In this document: positions 29,055 to 38,419 of the stretch, piece by piece
Layout: every line of letters begins with the position of its first letter
Position numbering within the stretch: the first letter of the stretch is position 1
From: an uncultured Saprospiraceae bacterium
GTDB lineage: Bacteria > Bacteroidota > Bacteroidia > Chitinophagales > Saprospiraceae
Direction: 5' to 3'
Assembly (NCBI GenBank): GCA_942490835.1
Contig: CALNYY010000056.1
Span: forward strand, 84,280 to 148,279
Length of the DNA stretch: 64,000 bases
Notes under the pieces: generated by a model
What the model was told of the DNA's origin: nothing
The model's database searches: none
Seen by the model: the letters and a program-made list of their open reading frames with translations, nothing else
Translations under genes and position numbers: made by a program

Positions 29055-30263
29055 TTATTGAACCATCAATTTTTCAACCCAAATTTTATTTTTTGACATT
29101 AATTCTATTAAATAAAATCCCCCTTTCAAATTAGACAAGTCAATTTTTGTAGAACTATTTAATTGCTTTTCTCCAGACAGCACTACCCTACCATTTATAT
29201 CAAAAATGCTAATAAATAAGGGTGTTTCTATGATTCCTTCAGCTTGAACATTGATATAATTTGAAGCTGGGTTAGGGAATATTTTAAATGGAATAACCTC
29301 CCCTGTTTCTGAAATAGAGACTGGATTGCAAGCATCACTATTTAGTAGTCCCTTCCTGAATGTATTCAGCGTTTCATGCATCCTTTCTTTTTGACCAAGC
29401 GTGAACATGCCCAAACAAGCATCATTTGAATAAAACATAAAATTCATGAACATATCGGGACCACTGCAAGAAATAACAGGATGAGTTGGACAGATGCTTA
29501 AATAAGTATCACAGGCTTCCGGGGTATCGTCCACATAATCATCTTCACAACAATCCGTAATATTAGGGCCCCATGGATGTTCAAGGTTTAGATAGTGTCC
29601 AATTTCATGGGTTAATGTTCGTCCAAGATGATACGGAGGTTCAATGTCGATATTGCCGAATTGCAGAAAGTTTACTTCGACACCATCCTCAGCAGCAAGC
29701 GTCCCAGGGAAACTACCGGTACCTCCAATATTTCCTGCGAATTTTGCCACCCATATATTTAAGTATTTTTCTGAATCCCAAGTATCCTGCCCACCGAGAC
29801 TTGAATAATGTATGGCCGATGTACCTCCTATTCCCACAACGACAGGTGTGAATTTCCTCGTAATCCCATTTGTAGGATTGCCATTGGGGTCAACTTTGGC
29901 CAGGCAAAATTCGATTTCTGTATCAGCTATGAAAGGCTGGAATACAGATGGGATATTTGCGATCTCATTATTTTCTGCTCTAAAATCTTGATTAAGAATT
30001 TCAATTTGAGACAGTATCTGTTCATCAGAAATGTTTTCAATAGGCTGATTCCAAAGCACATGAACCACAACCGGAATGGTAATTAATGAACGAGTTTGGA
30101 TGGAAGAGGAGGAAAGCACCGCTGATGTAGAAGTGACTTGATTGCTGATTTTTATCGATTCAATTGATCTTTGCTCAGAAGCAATGCACCTGTGCTGAGC
30201 CAATAAAATAGGACATTTAGAGATTGAAAGTATTATTATAAAAAGGTAGAGGTATCGCCTCAT
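29055..30263 (-). CDS. Secreted M43 (cytophagalysin/pappalysin-type) zinc metalloprotease with T9SS type-A C-terminal sorting domain
   Basis: HEIGHYLNLEHPW zinc motif and signal peptide. C-terminus KIFPNPASNYINVQ...GGFYLIELMS...EKLMVQ (Por secretion tail pattern). Confidence 0.85.
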   Translation of the reverse strand: MRRYLYLFIIILSISKCPILLAQHRCIASEQRSIESIKISNQVTSTSAVLSSSSIQTRSLITIPVVVHVLWNQPIENISDEQILSQIEILNQDFRAENNEIANIPSVFQPFIADTEIEFCLAKVDPNGNPTNGITRKFTPVVVGIGGTSAIHYSSLGGQDTWDSEKYLNIWVAKFAGNIGGTGSFPGTLAAEDGVEVNFLQFGNIDIEPPYHLGRTLTHEIGHYLNLEHPWGPNITDCCEDDYVDDTPEACDTYLSICPTHPVISCSGPDMFMNFMFYSNDACLGMFTLGQKERMHETLNTFRKGLLNSDACNPVSISETGEVIPFKIFPNPASNYINVQAEGIIETPLFISIFDINGRVVLSGEKQLNSSTKIDLSNLKGGFYLIELMSKNKIWVEKLMVQ

Positions 30264-30344
30264 TGATTATGCATTTGAATTTAAATCTTGAAACGATAAA
30301 CGAAAGATAATGTTTTTTTGTGGCTAAAGACACAGGAAAGAAAA

Positions 30345-30370
30345 TAGCCCATCATTGGGATGATGGGCTA
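30345..30370 (-). terminator. Rho-independent terminator of the holin-family gene
   Basis: TAGCCCATCAT (30345-30355) pairs with ATGATGGGCTA (30360-30370). On the minus strand it is followed by TTTTCTTT. Confidence 0.7.
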
Positions 30371-30397
30371 CTCATTGAAAACTTTTTTTCTATCAAT

Positions 30398-30724
30398 TTA
30401 GAATATGTGTTGACCAATAGAATTTACAACTGATACAACAATAGCTAGTGCGAATGCCCACCAAAAATTTTCGATTTTTAAGCCTTTCATAAAATAATCG
30501 ACTACCATAAGCACTATTGCATCTACCACGAAAGCAAATAAACCCAGAGTTATCAAATTTAATGGTAGAGTTAGGAAATTAAGGATGCCCCCAAGCGACC
30601 AATTCAGGAAGCCAAGTACTATTCCTATAAGAATTGCTCTTATAAAATCTTCGACTTCCACTCCTCGCAAAAGCTTGGCACCAACGTAAACTGCAATTGC
30701 ATTTAAAAGAACTACTAATAACAT
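30398..30724 (-). CDS. Small 4-TM membrane protein, phage-holin-4_2 (YvlD-like) family
   Basis: MLLVVLLNAIAVYVGAKLLRGVEVEDF..AILIGIVLGFLN...TLGLFAFVVDAIVLMVVD matches the family pattern I recall. Confidence 0.6.
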   Translation of the reverse strand: MLLVVLLNAIAVYVGAKLLRGVEVEDFIRAILIGIVLGFLNWSLGGILNFLTLPLNLITLGLFAFVVDAIVLMVVDYFMKGLKIENFWWAFALAIVVSVVNSIGQHIF

Positions 30725-30816
30725 AATTGATTTGAGTTTGATGAATGCTGCATTTTATTGCAATGTCTATTTTCGATCAACAATTATAGACAAATACTAG
30801 AATAAATATCCTAAAT

Positions 30817-32676
30817 CTAATTTTCAGCGGCTTCCCATACGTTATTTTCCCTTTCTACATCTGCCATTCGGAGAGAAGGATCGATCTCAACTTTTACAAT
30901 ATTTTTTGTTTTAGCAGTTAGTACCCACTCATATTTTTTATGCGTCCATCTCCAATCTGGAAGCAAACCGATGTTTTCAGAATAGTTATCTGTATTTTTT
31001 GCTCCTCTCATGATTGATAGCGGGATCGTGTAACTTTCAACTTTTCCATCTTTGTAAGTTATCTGCAAATCTATCGGCATAGGCATATCTCCTACTCTTT
31101 CAAAAGTTAGTTTGGTTTCTTTTCTATTCACCCTCTCAACCGAGCCTATAGCATAATCAATCTGCTTGGTAGTATTAACGAAATATTCCTTAAACCAGTC
31201 CAATTCTAAACCAGCCTCCTTTTCCATAATCCTTATAAAGTCATTTGGATTTGGATGTTTAAATTTCCAAATATCAAAATAGCGTAAAAAAGCTTTATCA
31301 AAAGTTGGTTTCCCCATAATATATTGCAATTGTGTTAGGAAAACATGGCCTTTTGTATAAGAAGCCATTCCATATGCCGCTGCAGTCAAATAATGATCTG
31401 CATGCGTCGATAATACCTCTTCACGACCACTTTTGATAAACTTGATATAATTTGAATTTGCTCCAAGGTGTGGATCATCTACGACGTTACCATCCATTAA
31501 TTTTTCTTTTCGTAAAAAATTCTTGATTTCCTCTTCAGCATATTCAGTAAAACCTTCATCCATCCAAGGATAAAGACTTTCATTCGAGGCCAGCATTCCG
31601 TAGTACCAAGCATGCATGAGTTCATGAATAAAGGTTCCAATTCCTGCACCACTAGCTAAAAAAGTTGCCATAGGGTATTCCATTCCGCCATCACCTGCAT
31701 GGAGAAAGGAATAGGATTTATAAGGATATTGTCCGTAATTCTTGTTTGCAAAATCAAATACCCGATCCATTTTTTTAGGCATGGATGTCCATTTTGCCAT
31801 GGTTTCTTCATCTTTCGCATCAAAAAGAAAATGCATTTCCATTCCATCCTTTCTTAAATACTTGATGTGCTTGTATTCTGGATCGGCTGACCAAGCAAAA
31901 TCATGAACATTTCTTGCTTGCCATTCCCAAGTCAATTTTCCATTTTCTGATTGCTTTACGATTGCACCCTCAGCTTCGTATCCATGTCCAATTTCTGAAG
32001 GGTTTTGCAACATTCCACTTGCCCCTAAAACATATTTGGAATCAATGGTAATATTGACATCAAAATCTCCCCAAACACCATGAAATTCTCTTTGAACATA
32101 AGGGCTTGTATGCCATCCTTGATAATCGTATTCAGCCAGTTTTGGATACCATTGGCTCATTGAATAGGCAATCCCGTCTTTGCTATCACGGCCAGACCTC
32201 CGTATTTGAATAGGAATTTGAGAGGTGAATTCCATTTCTAAAATAGCAGAGGTTAAAGGTAAGATTGGTTCCATTAAATCTACTTCTAAAACCGTTTCGC
32301 TAACCTCATATCTGGTCTCTTTCCCATTGCATTTTAGGGAAGCTACTTTGTGCCAACCATATTCATTTGGACGCAGTTCAGAAATACGATTTTTCACACG
32401 AGGATCTGCCCGAAGAGGGTCCTGATTGTATTCATCCATCATGCTTCCGGGCTGAAAAGCATTAAAATATAAATGGTAGAATATCCGATGCAACGTATCT
32501 GGTGAGTTATTGAAATACTTGATTTTTTGTTTACCCGACATTTGATGGCTCGTCACATCTACCTCAACATCCATAGAATATTCGACACGCTGCTGCCACC
32601 GATCGGGTTGTGCGGATATCGATAAATAAAAGGCTAGTCCGAAGATGGAAAACATTATTTTTTTAATCATTGTCAT
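30817..32676 (-). CDS. Secreted M1-family zinc metallopeptidase
   Basis: HELMHAWYYG...WMDEGFTEY (HExxH plus downstream E). Signal peptide MTMIKKIMFSIFGLAFYLSISAQ from the ATG at 32676. The track start at 32694 is a TTG. Confidence 0.85.
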   Translation of the reverse strand: MTMIKKIMFSIFGLAFYLSISAQPDRWQQRVEYSMDVEVDVTSHQMSGKQKIKYFNNSPDTLHRIFYHLYFNAFQPGSMMDEYNQDPLRADPRVKNRISELRPNEYGWHKVASLKCNGKETRYEVSETVLEVDLMEPILPLTSAILEMEFTSQIPIQIRRSGRDSKDGIAYSMSQWYPKLAEYDYQGWHTSPYVQREFHGVWGDFDVNITIDSKYVLGASGMLQNPSEIGHGYEAEGAIVKQSENGKLTWEWQARNVHDFAWSADPEYKHIKYLRKDGMEMHFLFDAKDEETMAKWTSMPKKMDRVFDFANKNYGQYPYKSYSFLHAGDGGMEYPMATFLASGAGIGTFIHELMHAWYYGMLASNESLYPWMDEGFTEYAEEEIKNFLRKEKLMDGNVVDDPHLGANSNYIKFIKSGREEVLSTHADHYLTAAAYGMASYTKGHVFLTQLQYIMGKPTFDKAFLRYFDIWKFKHPNPNDFIRIMEKEAGLELDWFKEYFVNTTKQIDYAIGSVERVNRKETKLTFERVGDMPMPIDLQITYKDGKVESYTIPLSIMRGAKNTDNYSENIGLLPDWRWTHKKYEWVLTAKTKNIVKVEIDPSLRMADVERENNVWEAAEN

Positions 32677-33094
32677 TTTTTTTTGAAAGCACAAATTTGA
32701 GAAAAGAAGGTTTTAATCCAAAATCTAATTTCTATCCACATTGTAATTCTTCAATTGAGAGTTTTGAAGTAAATCATTGAGCATCATGACTAATGTCATT
32801 TTATTTACATTTTTCAGCATATACATTTGTGACGATTAGAATAGATACCACGAAAAGTTGTGGATTTCGATCAGGTTAAAACAGACAATAGATAGGCTTC
32901 AGTAGTTGCTGTATAGTTGATAATTTAAAATGAACGTATCACAATTGTTTAATGAACAATAATGGAATTAAGCACAGATAAAGGCAATTGCAATTATTGT
33001 AGCAAAACGATCTAAACCGCTCGAAATCAAATAGTTTCTAAAAATCAATTTACCCCAATAAAGAGCTCATTCTTCAATGTGAGAGGTGTATGAT

Positions 33095-33128
33095 GGAAGC
33101 TGCTTTAATTAGTGGCTTCCGTTTTTTT
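33095..33128 (+). terminator. Plus-strand-oriented intrinsic terminator with no annotated plus-strand gene upstream
   Basis: GGAAGCUGCU/AGUGGCUUCC stem (two G-U pairs that work only on the plus-strand RNA), loop TTAATT, then GTTTTTTTA. The T-run overlaps the trxA stop codon on the other strand. Confidence 0.55.
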
Positions 33129-33438
33129 ATCCCTTTTTAAATTGGTCAAGCACCTCAATCATTTGTGATTCGGACATCATACCTACATGCCGCCATTTTT
33201 CTTCTCCTTCTTTAAATATTACAAAAGTTGGGACACCAGAAACCCCCATATTATTAGCGAACTGCTGGTTTTGATCAATATCAACTTTTACAATTTTTGC
33301 TGATTCTCCTACTTTCTTTTTCACATTTACCAAGATTGGAGCCATGGCTTTGCAGGGGCCACACCAAGATGCTGTGAAGTCGACCAAAATGGGTAATTCT
33401 GAATTGATAAGTTCTTTAAAGCTTGATTTCTTTGACAT
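33127..33438 (-). CDS. trxA: Thioredoxin
   Basis: 103 aa with VDFTASWCGPCK active site. Confidence 0.9.
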   Translation of the reverse strand: MSKKSSFKELINSELPILVDFTASWCGPCKAMAPILVNVKKKVGESAKIVKVDIDQNQQFANNMGVSGVPTFVIFKEGEEKWRHVGMMSESQMIEVLDQFKKG

Positions 33439-33724
33439 AGTATTAGGTTAAAAAAAAAGAGCATCCATCAACGGATACTCTTATAACATTTAAATCACCC
33501 GAAATATTAAATCAGCTAATGATTTTTTATTTCAAGCCAAATTTAAACATGGATTAAGTACATATCAGTGAGTTAAGTCACTTGACCTAATGATAAATCC
33601 CACATTGACAAAATTCATTTAACACAATGATGGTTGTCACTTTTCCCACCATTTACAAAAGATAACTTTGGACTGTTCTACCGCTCTATTTATACACTAT
33701 CTACTCACATTTAACATTCTCACC

Positions 33725-35605
33725 ATGGGTTCAGAAAAGGTTGCCATTATCAAAGACAGCACGGATAGATTAAATGCTACTCAACACCTATTAAGGGATT
33801 TGCAGGCAGTTGAATTGATGTTGGAAAATGACATATTTGAAACAGGAGCAAGAAGGATTGGGGTCGAGCAAGAACTTTCTCTAATAGGTAATGATTGGAA
33901 GCCAGCGCCCCTGTTGATGGAGCTATTGGGTATGATCGATGATGATCACTTTACGACAGAATTCGCCACTTATAATATGGAGGTCAACTTGGACCCACTT
34001 GAACTTAAGGCAGATTGTTTTAGTCAGCTTGAAAAGAATTTATGGCGATTCCTTGCTAAGGGTGAAAAAAACGCAAAACTCCTTAACGCTCATTTGTTGC
34101 TATCTGGAATTGTCCCGACCCTAAATTATAGTGATATTGATTTAAAACACATCACTCCATTACAGCGCTATTATGATTTGGTTGAGGCCCTTAAAGAATT
34201 GAGGGGCGACAATTTTGAGTTTCGAATTCAAGGGCAGGATCAATGGATTTCCAGAGCAGAAAACTGCTTCTTTGAGAGTAGTAACACCAGCTTCCAGGTT
34301 CACTATCAAATTGACCCAAGTAATTTCAGGGATAGCTATAATTGGGCTTTAGCTATTACTGGGCCTGTAATGGCTATGTGTCCTAACTCACCCTTGCTAT
34401 TGGGTAAAAGGCTATGGCATGAAACAAGGATTGCTCTTTTCCAGCAGGCAACTGATGTAAGAAGCTCTTCAAATATTTATAGGGAAAATTCACCAAGGGT
34501 TGATTTTGGAAACGATTGGGCAAAGGATACGGTGCTTAGTTTTTATCAGGAAAATGCATTTCGACATAAAATTGTCTTGTCCTCAACTAGGCAAGAAGAT
34601 GCCGTTGAGGAATTACAAAAAGGAAACATTCCAAAACTCTATGGCTTAAACACGCATTTAGGTACCATCTACAATTGGAATCGACCTTGCTACGGTATCA
34701 CAAATGGAATACCCCATATTCGTATAGAAAATAGAATAATGCCATCAGGGCCTACTATAATTGATGAGGTTGCAAATGCTGCTTTCTGGATAGGGCTAAT
34801 GAATGGAATGCCTTCTGAATATGAAAAAATCCACCAAAAGATGGATTTTGGAAGAGCTAAAATGAACTTTCACACAGCTGCAAGGCTGGGGCTCGAATCA
34901 TTTTTTAATTGGCCCGGTGTAAGCCATAAAATTTCTGCGAATGAATTGATTTTAAAAGAGCTACTCCCGATATCAAAAGCTGGTCTGGAAAAAGCTGAAA
35001 TCGACTCCACAGATATTGATAAATATTTAGGCATTGTTGAGGAGCGAGTAAGCACGGGAATGACAGGTGCAAGGTGGACATTGGATGCTTACGATGAACT
35101 TTTAAAAACAAATACGAAAGACCAAGCACTTGTAAACTTAACAGCGGGTATGTCCAGCAGACAACAAAAAGGCGCTCCTGTACATACCTGGGATCTTCCA
35201 AAACCAGATGAAGCCAGAAACTGGTTAAATAAATACCAGACGATTGAGCAAATTATGAAAACTGAATTATTTACTGTTTTAGAAGACGATCCTATTGATC
35301 TAGTGAAAAAAATAATGAAGTGGAAAAATGTGCGTCATATTCCAGTTGAAAACAGTAAAGGAGAATTTACAGGTATGATTTCTTGCAGGTCGCTTCTTTT
35401 TGAAGAAAAAAATCTCAAATCAGCAATGGATGTTATGACTACTGACCCAATAACGGTTAATCCAAGTATGTGTACCTATGAAGCTATAAAGGTTATGGAA
35501 AAAGAGAAGGTAGATTGTTTACCAGTTTTAATGGGAGAAAATTTAGTTGGGTTAGTTACTGAAAGGGATTTCATTTTGCTGGCATCATTATACTTAAATG
35601 AATAA
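33725..35605 (+). CDS. Glutamate-cysteine-ligase family 2 (carboxylate-amine ligase)-like domain fused to a C-terminal CBS pair
   Basis: The ATG at 33725 gives MGSEKVAIIKD. RRIGVEQELSLI resembles the GCS2/YbdK catalytic N-terminal motif. The last ~130 aa form two CBS modules (IMKTELFTVLEDDP...HIPVEN, VMTTDPITVNP...LPVLMGENLVGLVTERD). Confidence 0.6.
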   Translation: MGSEKVAIIKDSTDRLNATQHLLRDLQAVELMLENDIFETGARRIGVEQELSLIGNDWKPAPLLMELLGMIDDDHFTTEFATYNMEVNLDPLELKADCFSQLEKNLWRFLAKGEKNAKLLNAHLLLSGIVPTLNYSDIDLKHITPLQRYYDLVEALKELRGDNFEFRIQGQDQWISRAENCFFESSNTSFQVHYQIDPSNFRDSYNWALAITGPVMAMCPNSPLLLGKRLWHETRIALFQQATDVRSSSNIYRENSPRVDFGNDWAKDTVLSFYQENAFRHKIVLSSTRQEDAVEELQKGNIPKLYGLNTHLGTIYNWNRPCYGITNGIPHIRIENRIMPSGPTIIDEVANAAFWIGLMNGMPSEYEKIHQKMDFGRAKMNFHTAARLGLESFFNWPGVSHKISANELILKELLPISKAGLEKAEIDSTDIDKYLGIVEERVSTGMTGARWTLDAYDELLKTNTKDQALVNLTAGMSSRQQKGAPVHTWDLPKPDEARNWLNKYQTIEQIMKTELFTVLEDDPIDLVKKIMKWKNVRHIPVENSKGEFTGMISCRSLLFEEKNLKSAMDVMTTDPITVNPSMCTYEAIKVMEKEKVDCLPVLMGENLVGLVTERDFILLASLYLNE

Positions 35606-35611
35606 TTCGAA

Positions 35612-36295
35612 TTAATCTGTTTTTAAACTATTCAAAAATGTCTCTTTAAAACTATTACTTATTGGAAGCTTTATTTCACCAATAACAGCAGAATTTCCTT
35701 CAATGAATGATAATGCATTTTTAGAAACAATGAATTTTCTGTGAATTTGAACGAATTTAGTTTCAGGTAAATTTTCCATAACGGCCATTAGTCTCATTTT
35801 AGACAACAACATTCTTTCTTTTGTAAATATCTTAACATAGTCTCCATAGGCTTCTATATACAGTATATCATCGACATTTACTTTAAATAATTTTTTATCG
35901 GACTTAATAAATATAAAAGCAGGGACTTCCTCCTTTTTTTTTCTTAATTGATCTGATATTTTATTCACAGCTTTGACAAACCTATCAAATGGAAATGGTT
36001 TTACAAGGTAATCAATTGCCTCCAATTCAAATCCTTCAACGGCATATTGTGGGTAGGCTGTAGTAAAAATAATAGCTGGCGCAGTTGACAAAGTTTTCAC
36101 AAAACTAATTCCACTTAATTTTGGCATATTAATGTCTAAAAATATAGCATCTACGGGTTCTCTGCGAACAAATTCCATAGCAAGAAATGCATCATTAAAT
36201 GTCTCCATTAAATTTAGGGACGACACTTTTTTTGAATAATTTTTGACAACATTTAAAGCCAACGGCTCGTCATCTATCGCTATGCAATTTATCAT
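35612..36295 (-). CDS. LytTR-family two-component response regulator
   Basis: Receiver domain (CIAIDDEPLAL...DAIFLDINMPKLSG) plus a LytTR DNA-binding domain (ILYIEAYGDYVKIFT). The ATG at 36295 overlaps the kinase 3' end by 26 nt. Confidence 0.85.
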   Translation of the reverse strand: MINCIAIDDEPLALNVVKNYSKKVSSLNLMETFNDAFLAMEFVRREPVDAIFLDINMPKLSGISFVKTLSTAPAIIFTTAYPQYAVEGFELEAIDYLVKPFPFDRFVKAVNKISDQLRKKKEEVPAFIFIKSDKKLFKVNVDDILYIEAYGDYVKIFTKERMLLSKMRLMAVMENLPETKFVQIHRKFIVSKNALSFIEGNSAVIGEIKLPISNSFKETFLNSLKTD

Positions 36296-37391
36296 GAGCA
36301 AATTCTATTTTTAAAACTACAGAATAATAATTTTGAAAATCCGAGACGTCAATCATATAAGCCGCTGGGTACAACAGATCCAATCGTTGCCTTAAATTCA
36401 TTAGACCCAAACCACCTGCACGGTTCAATTCCAGCACACTTAGCCCACCTTTTGAATTATCAACTTTAAACGACAACCCTTGTTCGTTAATAGTCAATTT
36501 AATTATTACAAATGATTCTCCATCATCAGAAACTCCACCATGCTTAAAGGCATTTTCAACAAGGGGTAAAAATAAAAGGGGGGCTATTTGTTTTTCATTT
36601 GGTGTCCCTTCAATTTCAAATTCTATTTTACAATCGCTAAGACGCCTTAGTTTTTGAAGTTCGACATAGTTGCTGACATGATTAACCTCACGCTCCAATT
36701 TTACTTTATCGGAATTGGTTTCATATAATACATATTTCAACATATCAGAAATCAACAATACAATATCAGCAGTTCTTTCGTCACCATCCAAAGCCATGGA
36801 ATACAAACTGTTCAAGCTATTCAATAAAAAGTGCGGGCTCACTTGTGCTTTTAAAGCGCCTAATTCAGCATCCTTTTTTTCTTTCTCCATTTTTATCAAC
36901 CGCTGCTCAGTTTCGAATTGCCTAAACCAACTTTTGGAAAATTTTAATAAACTTGAAACAATTATATATACTACAACAAATTTTGATAAATCTTTTACCC
37001 CGTAGCTTTCAATAAAATAATAACCTGGGAATAATATATCTGCTAAGTAATTAAATGTAATATTATTTATAAATACTCCAAAAATTACCACTAAAATCAC
37101 AAGAACAAAATAGATCGCATAAGACCTTTGCCTCAAATATTTTGGAATTAATAGTCTTAAATTAATATAAACAACCGTTACCAAACTAATATGAAATAAG
37201 CCGGTATAGATAAAATCCACTGCTGCAAAATCTTCAACGTGTGCGAATATCGTCCATAATACGATATATGAAAACACCCAAAACAATACATGCTGAAACC
37301 ATCTATTCCGAACTGTATTTTCAAATTTTTCAATCATAAACTCAATTGGTTTTGAAAAAATGAAATTCAATTTTTCAAACATTAACTGCAT
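36270..37391 (-). CDS. LytS/YehU-type sensor histidine kinase (His_kinase plus HATPase_c) with N-terminal TM sensor
   Basis: LKAQVSPHFLLNSLNSLYSM is the signature of the LytS-type phosphoacceptor domain. There are 4-5 N-terminal TM helices and GGLGLMNLRQRL in the ATPase domain. Confidence 0.85.
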   Translation of the reverse strand: MQLMFEKLNFIFSKPIEFMIEKFENTVRNRWFQHVLFWVFSYIVLWTIFAHVEDFAAVDFIYTGLFHISLVTVVYINLRLLIPKYLRQRSYAIYFVLVILVVIFGVFINNITFNYLADILFPGYYFIESYGVKDLSKFVVVYIIVSSLLKFSKSWFRQFETEQRLIKMEKEKKDAELGALKAQVSPHFLLNSLNSLYSMALDGDERTADIVLLISDMLKYVLYETNSDKVKLEREVNHVSNYVELQKLRRLSDCKIEFEIEGTPNEKQIAPLLFLPLVENAFKHGGVSDDGESFVIIKLTINEQGLSFKVDNSKGGLSVLELNRAGGLGLMNLRQRLDLLYPAAYMIDVSDFQNYYSVVLKIEFAHDKLHSDR

Positions 37392-38078
37392 CTAATCAAC
37401 TTTCTCCAAAGCAATTACTTCATTAATATAAAGCTCTTCATTGCTGGCATATTTTTCTACAAATTTCTGTAATTCTTCAGGTTGTGCAGTCAGCACAAAA
37501 CCTCCATCAGTCAGGGCCTCATGCTTTATCCTCACCTTTCTTTCATTTAAAAGTTTGTCTAAAAAATCAGGGTCAAATAGTTTGATCTTAATTTCATCTT
37601 TTTCGATCACGAGTTTAGCAAAAGTATGAACTGGAAGAAGGTGATAAGCTAACATGTCGTTTTTTTCATCTTTGAAAATATCGGTAATGCTTTTCGATTT
37701 TTCTGGCATATCTGTTGGATAAAAGTCCATAAAATAGGCTCCATCCAGTTTTACCAGATTTACTTCAAAAGCTGCCTTAAAACCATCATTGTCCTGATGA
37801 ATGAGGAGGTAACCATCGGAGTCATTTTTCCTAAAGTTCCAAACCTCAGCTCTTCCAGCGCCTTCATCATTCGTTTTAACAATAGCATCTATCTTGCTTC
37901 CTGTTTCTGTTTGGGTGGTATTAAGCTGAACATCCATGGGGAAATTTGACCATATACCTTCCAATTGTTCAAGATATACTTTTTTATCTGCTGTGTATAA
38001 TGGATGCAAGGACGGAATACAACTCTGCATCAAAAAAACAATCGTTATAGCTATCAAGACTCCAATTACATTTTTCAT
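37392..38078 (-). CDS. Lipoprotein of unknown function, first gene of the kinase/regulator operon
   Basis: The ATG at 38078 gives MKNVIGVLIAITIVFLMQSC (lipobox). Its stop codon (37392-37394) directly abuts the kinase ATG (37389-37391). Confidence 0.65.
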   Translation of the reverse strand: MKNVIGVLIAITIVFLMQSCIPSLHPLYTADKKVYLEQLEGIWSNFPMDVQLNTTQTETGSKIDAIVKTNDEGAGRAEVWNFRKNDSDGYLLIHQDNDGFKAAFEVNLVKLDGAYFMDFYPTDMPEKSKSITDIFKDEKNDMLAYHLLPVHTFAKLVIEKDEIKIKLFDPDFLDKLLNERKVRIKHEALTDGGFVLTAQPEELQKFVEKYASNEELYINEVIALEKVD

Positions 38079-38091
38079 GAATAAGGGATTT

Positions 38092-38247
38092 AGAGCATGT
38101 TTAGTTTTTCTACTTCCTGACAAGCAATATTTTATGAACTTGACAATGAATCAAATCGGTCGCTTAACTCGCTATGCTCCCTCTTTGATTCTTCGCCAAA
38201 ACCCTAAACTCTTGATTCTCAGTTTGCATAAAAACTAAACATGCTCT
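38092..38247. repeat. 18-bp perfect inverted repeat pair bracketing a 120-bp segment
   Basis: AGAGCATGTTTAGTTTTT (38092-38109) and its exact reverse complement AAAAACTAAACATGCTCT (38230-38247). The left arm lies 14 bp upstream of the lipoprotein ATG. Confidence 0.8.
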
Positions 38248-38351
38248 TAAAATGAATGATGAGTCAAAGTTGCGATTGATACAAAAGAAAGCTGAAATTT
38301 ATCGGTGAATGGGCATATTTTGAAGTTGAAATTGCTATCCAGTAATAACTA

Positions 38352-38382
38352 TTTGATTGAAACCCATTCATTTGTACTTTTG
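38352..38382 (+). promoter_or_regulatory. Near-consensus Bacteroidota promoter (TTTG-N19-TACTTTTG) for the AAA+ gene
   Basis: TTTG at 38352-38355, a 19-nt spacer, and TACTTTTG at 38375-38382, 38 nt upstream of the ATG at 38420. Confidence 0.6.
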
Positions 38383-38419
38383 TGAGTACTAAAAACCATT
38401 TGTACAGTTGCCCATTTAT

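Noticed and set aside
38252-38308. 18-codon plus-strand mini-ORF (MNDESKLRLIQKKAEIYR) just right of the inverted-repeat element, a possible leader peptide.
   Set aside because: It lies upstream of the mapped consensus promoter of the AAA+ gene and has no supporting signal. It is too short to evaluate from sequence alone.
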